A stretch of DNA of 64,000 bases from a virus. Lineage: Duplodnaviria > Caudoviricetes. The position numbers and the translations under genes were made by a program. Shown here piece by piece: positions 1 to 7,003 of the stretch (position 1 is its first letter; each line of letters begins with the position of its first letter). Location of the stretch: positions 1-64,000 of IMG/VR virus record IMGVR_UViG_3300030419_006251, one strand, 5' to 3'. The notes under the pieces were generated by a model that had not been told where the DNA came from, did not search any database, and saw nothing but the letters and a program-made list of their open reading frames with translations.

Positions 1-23
1 CGAGCGAAGTGCCCGTGTAATAA

Positions 24-317
24 CTAGAGCTTTCCTGCGTTAACCCACGCGCCGCCGGTGATCTTTTCTAAATCTCCCATATCGTAAAAGGCCTCAACGG
101 TCATTTCTATTTGACGAGCAGCGTGATCCGGTCCTATTAACATCAGGCGGATCCTGTTGGCCTCTGTGTATTCCGTTTTTGTCAGCATGTGTTTTTGAGT
201 TGTAATAGACAATATCAGCGCGTGATGCCATCTTCCTATATCAACTTCCACACCATTCTCCACCAAAAATAGCGAGCTTTTCCATCGTACTAAATCACCG
301 ACGCGCAGGAGCACCAT
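24..317 (-). CDS. hypothetical protein
   Basis: 97-aa ORF on the common coding strand, packed 3 nt from the next gene; no recognisable motif. Confidence 0.6.
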   Translation of the reverse strand: MVLLRVGDLVRWKSSLFLVENGVEVDIGRWHHALILSITTQKHMLTKTEYTEANRIRLMLIGPDHAARQIEMTVEAFYDMGDLEKITGGAWVNAGKL

Positions 318-320
318 ATA

Positions 321-557
321 CTATTTATGTTTAACAATCACTAAATCTTCGATAAACTCCCATCTTTTTGTGTTGCTTCGTGTCCAAAGCACCCTAACCA
401 TGCCAACTCTGCTGTTTGCAAACTCCTCAGTTCCGTGTTCAAGTACGAGGCCTACGCCAAGCTCGTTTTCTGGATCTGTCATCATCGGATACCCAGCAGC
501 AGATGGCTTAAGCCAAACTATATCACCTATACCAAGTTCCCTCTTTTGCTTATCCAC
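321..557 (-). CDS. hypothetical small beta-rich (SH3/KOW-like) protein
   Basis: 78 aa; 'LGIGDIVWLK...GVGLVLE...VRVLWT' pattern typical of small phage SH3-like folds; fold call is tentative. Confidence 0.55.
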   Translation of the reverse strand: MDKQKRELGIGDIVWLKPSAAGYPMMTDPENELGVGLVLEHGTEEFANSRVGMVRVLWTRSNTKRWEFIEDLVIVKHK

Positions 558-574
558 TGCATGGTTTCTCCATC

Positions 575-937
575 TTAATGTGATTGCTGTTCGCCATCTT
601 CAAAAGTTATAATGGTTTTATTCGTGGGGTGCGGCTTAACATGGACTTTGAGAAAATCATCAATTGAGTCAAATATAGCTATTCCTCCGCGCGGAGGGGG
701 ATAGAGCCAATGAACAATACAGTGGCCGGTGCCTAGCAGCACACCCTCTATCACAACTCCTTCGCCAGATACGCCCGATTCATCACTTTGACGACAGACC
801 GTAAATGTCCGAATGCCTCTGGGGGCAAGTCGGGGTGGCGGCTTGGGGCGTAAATCGTCGTCAACCTCGTCTGTACTCTCAAACTTTTTAGTATCAGAAG
901 GTTTATTTTTGCTTGCTTTCGGCATTAGCTCTCCCAT
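575..937 (-). CDS. conserved hypothetical phage protein
   Basis: 'RTFTVCRQSDESGVSGEGVVIEGV...VHWL' resembles a widespread uncharacterised phage/bacterial family (recognised by eye only). Confidence 0.6.
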   Translation of the reverse strand: MGELMPKASKNKPSDTKKFESTDEVDDDLRPKPPPRLAPRGIRTFTVCRQSDESGVSGEGVVIEGVLLGTGHCIVHWLYPPPRGGIAIFDSIDDFLKVHVKPHPTNKTIITFEDGEQQSH

Positions 938-1340
938 AGTCGTCCTCTATTCTAACTGGTTTATCCGATAAATGATTCCCGATTTCAATTACTTCGCAAT
1001 CTTCCACGGCATATATCCTGTATGGACAGCCCGACTGAACCATTAGCGTATCGCCAGCAACAAACTCTTCCGTTTTTAGAGGATACAGCACTGGGTCGGC
1101 AAACGAATGTTCGGATCCATAGGTCACATGTGCGCGCCCGGTCAGGAAAAATAGAGTCTCTGCCTTGAGCGCATGATATTTTAGACTAGTTTTGTGCCCC
1201 TTCTTGATATACAGAATCTTACCATGAATAAAATCATGGCCCGACCAAACAAGTTCGTGGCCCCAAGGCTTGTCTTGCTCACGCGAGATGGTCTTCCACG
1301 CGGTCTTCGCATGTTTTGCATCTTTGATTTTTTTTGGCAT
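903..1340 (-). CDS. cupin domain protein (mannose-6-phosphate isomerase type II C-terminal-like)
   Basis: 'DKPWGHE', 'TSLKYHALKAETLFFLTG', 'EVIEIG', 'RIEDDYGR' motifs. Confidence 0.8.
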   Translation of the reverse strand: MPKKIKDAKHAKTAWKTISREQDKPWGHELVWSGHDFIHGKILYIKKGHKTSLKYHALKAETLFFLTGRAHVTYGSEHSFADPVLYPLKTEEFVAGDTLMVQSGCPYRIYAVEDCEVIEIGNHLSDKPVRIEDDYGRANAESKQK

Positions 1341-1615
1341 TATGCGTCACCAATCGGTTCCATGGATTCTAACGCCATCATATCAAACTCTTTCATAAGA
1401 CTTTCGAGAGCTTGCATGGCAGCTTTATCCTCAGACAGCCTACCTTCGAGTGCCTTGTTGGCGACATTAAGCTCGTTATTCAAGCGTTCGATTTCTTCCA
1501 AAAGTAATTCGTTAGATTTTTCCAAGATTTCAACTTTTAGCTGTAATAGGTTAAATTCTGCTTGTTTCTTTTGGCTGCTTCTGAAGCCCAAGAAACGCAT
1601 TAGGGATTTGAACAT
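1340..1615 (-). CDS. hypothetical coiled-coil protein
   Basis: 91 aa, heptad-rich, AAGGAG RBS upstream, preceded by ACTATTTA motif. Confidence 0.65.
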   Translation of the reverse strand: MFKSLMRFLGFRSSQKKQAEFNLLQLKVEILEKSNELLLEEIERLNNELNVANKALEGRLSEDKAAMQALESLMKEFDMMALESMEPIGDA

Positions 1616-1634
1616 TTTTTCTCCTTATCAATAT

Positions 1635-1642
1635 TAAATAGT
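1635..1642 (-). promoter_or_regulatory. putative late-promoter motif ACTATTTA
   Basis: Same octamer recurs in short intergenic gaps just upstream of many structural/tagged genes. Confidence 0.5.
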
Positions 1643-1651
1643 TTGCTATAC

Positions 1652-1680
1652 ATCATAACACCAATTTTACAAATTGTCAA
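1652..1680 (-). promoter_or_regulatory. sigma70-type promoter
   Basis: TTGACA-17 nt-TATGAT with TG extended -10 on the minus strand. Confidence 0.75.
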
Positions 1681-1682
1681 AG

Positions 1683-1886
1683 TTATTGTGTTTTTTTCTT
1701 ACCATATCTTTTATCTTTTTTTTCCTTCAATTTGATGAGACTATGTAATACTTCTTTCTTCTTCTCTATCTCTATGATTCGGGCGCGCATCTCTTCTTGT
1801 TTTTTAGCCCTGAGAGCAAGGGCGCGAATTATTGCTAACAACATTACGATGGCGACACAAACGATAATAAAAATTACTTCACCCAT
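1683..1886 (-). CDS. small membrane protein (N-terminal TM helix, basic tail)
   Basis: 'VIFIIVCVAIVMLLAII' followed by Lys-rich coil; GGAGG RBS. Confidence 0.65.
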   Translation of the reverse strand: MGEVIFIIVCVAIVMLLAIIRALALRAKKQEEMRARIIEIEKKKEVLHSLIKLKEKKDKRYGKKKTQ

Positions 1887-1922
1887 ATCATACCCTCCAG
1901 CACAATGTAAATAGCGAATATT

Positions 1923-2153
1923 TTAATTTAGTGAACCAAGTATAACCGCTAGCGTTAAAAGCACCACAGTGCTTGCCATAATAGAGAGTGCGGTCAATCC
2001 AATCATGAGAGATTTGGCCTCAATCCCTCTCCATTTTAACCTCTCTCTAAATGTTGTTCCCTTCATCTCTTCGAATTTTAAACCTTCATCTCGAAGTGGC
2101 GCGGGCTCTGTCCTTACTATCTTTAGATATTCTTTTTCATATTTGTTAGACAT
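1923..2153 (-). CDS. small membrane protein (C-terminal TM helix)
   Basis: 76 aa with hydrophobic C-terminus; abuts the upstream gene. Confidence 0.6.
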   Translation of the reverse strand: MSNKYEKEYLKIVRTEPAPLRDEGLKFEEMKGTTFRERLKWRGIEAKSLMIGLTALSIMASTVVLLTLAVILGSLN

Positions 2154-2154
2154 A

Positions 2155-2718
2155 TCATTCTATCTCGCACGGACACGCGCGGCCCTCCGCGCTCATTAGG
2201 GAAGAGTATGCCTGCAGTGTGTAACATTCATCCAAATCCTTTTCGTATGCAAGTTCATATTTTTCAGAAATTACAATAGAACTCGTACCCACTCTTTCCC
2301 AGTCGGCTACAAAATAGCTTCCCTCCTCAAGACTGTCTCTGCCATACATCTTTCGCCAGTCTCCATATGTTTCACTACTATACTCATAGAATTTATAGCA
2401 ACTGTTATCGCCCACAACTTGATTCAAAATTACATTGCTAGTGTCTAGAGACCACCAGTTGTTTACAAACTCATCTTCTTCAGAAGCCTCGTAATGTGCT
2501 GTGTCTTCTGATGTGGTGGCGCATGAGATGAGAACACAACTCAGAAATATGATAAATCCAGCGAGCCACAAGAACGAAAGCACAATCATGATCAAGTCTT
2601 TAAAGGCGAGGTCTTTCCAATATAACCACGCTCTAAAGCTCTCAATTCGGGCCTGTATCCATTCCTGTATCTTGCTCATCATCTGGGAAATACCTATATC
2701 CAATTTCAACCCACGCAT
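2155..2718 (-). CDS. putative lipoprotein / membrane-anchored protein
   Basis: Hydrophobic stretch ending 'FLSCVLISC' (lipobox-like), several Cys; true start probably downstream of 2718. Confidence 0.55.
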   Translation of the reverse strand: MRGLKLDIGISQMMSKIQEWIQARIESFRAWLYWKDLAFKDLIMIVLSFLWLAGFIIFLSCVLISCATTSEDTAHYEASEEDEFVNNWWSLDTSNVILNQVVGDNSCYKFYEYSSETYGDWRKMYGRDSLEEGSYFVADWERVGTSSIVISEKYELAYEKDLDECYTLQAYSSLMSAEGRACPCEIE

Positions 2719-3661
2719 TTGCTGGTGGAATCACATCAAAATTAACCTTTTGAGATGTGGCATCGTAGTGCCAATCCCAATTTAACTGCTGATCGATAAA
2801 AACTCTGATGGAGTCTTCTATCGGTTCGTGGGTAAGCGCCCACTCTTCGTGCGGCTCTAACTGATTCGATGCATCGGCAACGCCAGGGGACCAGTCTTCA
2901 GCACAAATATCCACAATGACTCCGCCGAAATAATTTGTTACATCCATATATCTGTCGCCAACATTCATAGTGCTTGGCGCTCTTTCGCACACCGAAACTG
3001 ATGGATCTTGAGTAACAATGCTAGAAATATATGCAGATCCATTTCTCTGTATACCGTACCAGCTTTTGAAGTCGTCAACATTTGCGAAATGATCATCGCT
3101 TTGGTCTTCCTCATCAGAAACTTGAACTACCAGTAGAGCGGCATCTGGGCGTAACCATGTTTGTGCGTAGGAGTTATTAACAAGATATTCGTATGCTGCG
3201 TCTAGGCCCTCCTCTCTGTGGCCGACGCCCATAGCCTCATACATATCTTTGGCGTCTTCAACATCGTCGCCAGGAACGAGCGGGAACTGTGCTTCCACGG
3301 AGGCTTTTGTTGGGTCATTGGAAGTCATAGCCAGTCTCCAGCCGGATGCTGGGAGTGCGTTCATCATAGCCTCGATGCCGGCCAATAACTCATCATCGTA
3401 TATATTCATCGATCCGGAAGTGTCAATTACCCAAAGAATGTCAACACCATCGACACTCATAGGTTGGACGAAAGAGTCGATCCATATTTCACCCGGATCG
3501 GAAGGCACTTCTGTCTCAATGTATACGGGCACCTCTACTTCGACATAAACAGTTTCGCTCTCGCCGCCGGTAACTATGGAATAATCCGGAGACATACAGG
3601 ATAAACTTGTAGACAAAAACACTGCTGTAAACATTAACATCAAGCGCCTTGCCCAGTCCAT
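2642..3661 (-). CDS. VWA (von Willebrand factor A) domain lipoprotein
   Basis: MIDAS motif 'DILWVIDTSGSM', 'VVQVSDEED'; signal peptide ending 'SLSC'; acidic DTG-repeat tail. Confidence 0.8.
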   Translation of the reverse strand: MDWARRLMLMFTAVFLSTSLSCMSPDYSIVTGGESETVYVEVEVPVYIETEVPSDPGEIWIDSFVQPMSVDGVDILWVIDTSGSMNIYDDELLAGIEAMMNALPASGWRLAMTSNDPTKASVEAQFPLVPGDDVEDAKDMYEAMGVGHREEGLDAAYEYLVNNSYAQTWLRPDAALLVVQVSDEEDQSDDHFANVDDFKSWYGIQRNGSAYISSIVTQDPSVSVCERAPSTMNVGDRYMDVTNYFGGVIVDICAEDWSPGVADASNQLEPHEEWALTHEPIEDSIRVFIDQQLNWDWHYDATSQKVNFDVIPPANAWVEIGYRYFPDDEQDTGMDTGPN

Positions 3662-3678
3662 TGTATTTCTCCTTTTTT

Positions 3679-4470
3679 CTATTCTGCCTCTTCGATCAGT
3701 ATCTCATATACATCTAAAAACTTTATAACCTTAGTCAGTTCTAAATCATTAACCGGATGTAGCCAAACTATGTCCTCTGTAAGTTGAGGTCCGATGAACC
3801 CTTGGTTCACATCAATAGCTCTTAATATTCCAACAACGCGGCCACGGTCATCGAATATCGCCGAACCGCTAGCGCCCGGCCATGCATAGGATTGCATTAT
3901 AATATTTCCGTGTTCTATGCCCGCTGCCAGTCCAAATATCGTAAGCAAGTCATGGTGTCCGGGAAAACCAGTGTATACCAGCGATTGCCCAATCAAGGAA
4001 CTATGATCTTGCAGTGCTTCAAACTCTATAGCTGTACGGCTCTCTAACGGCGAAGGAAGCAGCAGCACAGCCATATCCTGGCTTCCCTCGCTCTGTACAT
4101 ATGCTGTAATCGCCATACTTTGCTCACCGTCTTGTGCGACTATGATCATAAATGGCATATCTCTAACAACATGAGCAGCGGTGACTACAACCAAATGATC
4201 GCCCATACTAAAGTATGTGCCCGAACCTCTTACTGACATGTCTGGCGCATACACTTGTACTGCTGCGTTTCTGCTTCTATCTGCAACTCGGCGCATGCGC
4301 CTAGATTGGCTTGTTTGAACAGTAGTTTCCGATGCTTCAACTATACACTCAACGGCTGGAGTTTGAACGACTATCGAGGGGTTTGTCGCGGGAACTGCTG
4401 GACCACCACAGCTTAAAAAAACCATGCTGACTGCTGCGAATACAATCTTTTTTATACCCACCATGTGCAC
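3679..4470 (-). CDS. trypsin-like serine protease, lipoprotein
   Basis: 'VTAAHVV' (His), 'QDMAVL' (Asp), 'PGASGSA' (Ser); signal ending 'FLSC'. Confidence 0.85.
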   Translation of the reverse strand: MHMVGIKKIVFAAVSMVFLSCGGPAVPATNPSIVVQTPAVECIVEASETTVQTSQSRRMRRVADRSRNAAVQVYAPDMSVRGSGTYFSMGDHLVVVTAAHVVRDMPFMIIVAQDGEQSMAITAYVQSEGSQDMAVLLLPSPLESRTAIEFEALQDHSSLIGQSLVYTGFPGHHDLLTIFGLAAGIEHGNIIMQSYAWPGASGSAIFDDRGRVVGILRAIDVNQGFIGPQLTEDIVWLHPVNDLELTKVIKFLDVYEILIEEAE

Positions 4471-4614
4471 TTACCCCTCATTAGTAGGTAGGTGCCAAAA
4501 TGCTAAATTTCACCGTTGGCGCGATTTAATAAAGGGTTTTTTTAAGATCGCAGCTTAAAGTGAAAATTCTAAAGGTTAATTATTGCGGCGACGGCCATCG
4601 TAATTGAGGTTTTT

Positions 4615-4854
4615 TTACCTTTTGTCGTCATCACATTTTTTTCGCTCGTCCGGACTTTTATTTTGTAAATATTTAATGGTAGAGCAAACATCCAGGCCAA
4701 GCGGGGGAGTAAAAAATGGAAAAAGTGCATGCAAGAACTGCATTAATGCGCCGGCCATTAGCCTTAAAGAGATGCCTACAGCGGTGACAAAATGTTCACA
4801 ATAATTTTCTCCTACTTCGGCAGGATGCTTGGTAAATAACTCTTTAATCTTCAT
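4615..4854 (-). CDS. DUF6356-like small protein
   Basis: 'FTKHPAEVGENYCEHF...LHALFPF' pattern. Confidence 0.7.
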   Translation of the reverse strand: MKIKELFTKHPAEVGENYCEHFVTAVGISLRLMAGALMQFLHALFPFFTPPLGLDVCSTIKYLQNKSPDERKKCDDDKR

Positions 4855-7003
4855 CTTCTACAGGTGCCTCATCGTCCATGTGTTCATTAGGTGCGCGCAA
4901 GACCTTAAATCCTGCTTGTGTCAGCTTGTCCATTGTGTGCTTCATGTCTTCTGGATCGTGGTGAATCGCAATTCCTCCGTGAGATTTCCAAGGTTTAATA
5001 TTCGTCATAAAGTCATCAATCAGAACATTTCTTTGACCATCGGACATGGCCCATTCATATTTATCATGCGACATAAAAACCTGCTTCGGGCTCGGTCTAA
5101 GATTCTTCGCGATCCACTTTTCTTTGCCTCGTTCAGAACCTTTGCCCATCGGCGCGGTGAGGATCATTGGCTCATATTTTTTAATGGCATTCCACAGTTC
5201 CCGGCCTCCGGGCATCCAAGGCAGATTTGCCCAGAAATCTTCATCGTCTCTGAGTCTTTCGTACATATATTTTATTGCGGCCTTTCTAATTGTCGTTGAG
5301 CCATCACCATTCTTTTCAATATGTTCTTCTTCAATAACATCCACATCTTCTCGACGCATAGCCATGCGTAGTTGACCTAAAGAATTAAGACTTCCTGAAC
5401 CACCAACATCATCTGGCAACTTGTCGTTATTAACATCGTCGTTAATTTGCTTTATGGCTCCACGAACAAAGTCCACCAGAACTCCATCCATGTCGCAATA
5501 AATTTGGTGAGGCGCTTGTTGAGCTTCCGTCAAGAATTTGCGCCAATTGTTAAATATTTTTTGCTCCGCAGTTACGGAATAACTACTCTCTCCATCGATA
5601 CTCCACTCGTCTTCTTCCTCATCTCCGAGATCTGCTATTGTGTTGAGGTTCTTTATATATTCTTCGTCAGAAACCTCGGACCCGGGTCCGTGTTCGTATG
5701 CCGCAGCGTCAACATCGCGTGTTTGAAAAGTGTTGTACGGTACTGGATTGTCCTCCGGGTCGTCGGGGTTGCCGCCATAGGGATCCCTCGGATGACTACC
5801 ATGCTCACTGTCTTCGCGCTGGCTCTTAAGATCGCGCATCTGCTGTGCGTCCCAAGCGGTATGTCGGCGAGTATTTTCCCAGTTGCCGGTCTCCGGATTG
5901 AACTCCGTATAGGCCCGATCTGTGGTGGTTGTGACGGTGGGATCGGGATCGATGTAGTCTCCGTCTGGATCCACGGCATCGGGATAGCCGTCGCCATCAT
6001 TGTCTACCCCAACAGTCAAATCATCATAGTGCCTGCTCTTTTGGGCGCGAGACCATATAAGGCCGGCGTATGGCTCCCAATGTCTCTCGTGATGTTCTTC
6101 ATCACCGTGATGGGACAGGTCTGGGCCAAATGCCGCTTCCATACGCTTATTGTGAATTTGATCCATAGACTGGCTGCCGATGTTGTCCAGTCGACGCTGC
6201 ACCATGTCGAGCGCTCCTTCCCCGCCGACTGTATTCCAATCGAGTGGCTCGTCGGGATCGAGGCCCATCTTTGCCGCTCCGGCGCGCATGACTTCCGAAG
6301 ATCCCGGATCGTATCCGGCTCGGTGTGAGCCCCAGAAGGCGCTATGGGGTTCATGCTCGTCAGATGCGTGTCGAATGAGCCAATTTACACTTATCCCTGT
6401 CGTGCTAGGATCTATTCCAGCATAGGGGTTGATATTCATGCCAAGGACATGGCCATATTCGTGCCCCATGGTATCGTAAAGAGCTGCTCCGGAGCGCGAT
6501 GCCGCGTCTATCCTAATTCCAGTATCCATATCTGAATGTGCTTCGTCGTAGTATGCGCCGCCCGCGTAGCCTCTTGTGCCTCCATCGAGGCCAACTTGAA
6601 TCTCACCGCTTTCGGGAATGGCTGTGTGACGCACAATCTTGTTGGGGTCTAATACAGAGTTAATTTGTGGTGTTATATGTTCTGTATAATACGCCAGTGC
6701 GTTTTCTCTGGTTGGCTCGATCGATGTCCCGGGGAGCAAGTCTGTCTGAATATAATCAAGCCACGATAAGGTGCCTGCTCCGTGTTCCTGTTCGTTTTGT
6801 CCAACGCGATAAGAGTCTTGATAAACAGAGATAGCATTCAACTGTGCTGCTCGTACTCGCTCGTCGTATTGCTGTTGGGTCATTGGGCCCGCGGTGGTGG
6901 CGTTCGGTGTCGCGACGGTTCCATCGGGATAGCCGTCGCCATCGGTGTCTACTCCGGTCTGTTCAGTTATAAACCTTCGCCAATTTTCAAATAGTAGTTT
7001 CAT
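4844..7003 (-). CDS. tagged multidomain protein: zincin (HExxH) domain plus C-terminal HAD 5'(3')-deoxyribonucleotidase-like domain
   Basis: N-terminal 'MKLLFENWRRFITE'; 'GHEYGH' and 'EPYA'; two DxDGDGYPD motifs; internal 'IFNNWRKFLTE' then HAD motifs 'IYCDMDGVLVDF', 'ILTAP', 'K', 'LIDD'. Confidence 0.8.
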   Translation of the reverse strand: MKLLFENWRRFITEQTGVDTDGDGYPDGTVATPNATTAGPMTQQQYDERVRAAQLNAISVYQDSYRVGQNEQEHGAGTLSWLDYIQTDLLPGTSIEPTRENALAYYTEHITPQINSVLDPNKIVRHTAIPESGEIQVGLDGGTRGYAGGAYYDEAHSDMDTGIRIDAASRSGAALYDTMGHEYGHVLGMNINPYAGIDPSTTGISVNWLIRHASDEHEPHSAFWGSHRAGYDPGSSEVMRAGAAKMGLDPDEPLDWNTVGGEGALDMVQRRLDNIGSQSMDQIHNKRMEAAFGPDLSHHGDEEHHERHWEPYAGLIWSRAQKSRHYDDLTVGVDNDGDGYPDAVDPDGDYIDPDPTVTTTTDRAYTEFNPETGNWENTRRHTAWDAQQMRDLKSQREDSEHGSHPRDPYGGNPDDPEDNPVPYNTFQTRDVDAAAYEHGPGSEVSDEEYIKNLNTIADLGDEEEDEWSIDGESSYSVTAEQKIFNNWRKFLTEAQQAPHQIYCDMDGVLVDFVRGAIKQINDDVNNDKLPDDVGGSGSLNSLGQLRMAMRREDVDVIEEEHIEKNGDGSTTIRKAAIKYMYERLRDDEDFWANLPWMPGGRELWNAIKKYEPMILTAPMGKGSERGKEKWIAKNLRPSPKQVFMSHDKYEWAMSDGQRNVLIDDFMTNIKPWKSHGGIAIHHDPEDMKHTMDKLTQAGFKVLRAPNEHMDDEAPVEDED
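5977..5998. repeat. 22-bp direct repeat, copy 1 (encodes DGDGYPD)
   Basis: catcgggatagccgtcgccatc identical to 6922-6943. Confidence 0.9.
6922..6943. repeat. 22-bp direct repeat, copy 2 (encodes DGDGYPD)
   Basis: catcgggatagccgtcgccatc identical to 5977-5998. Confidence 0.9.
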
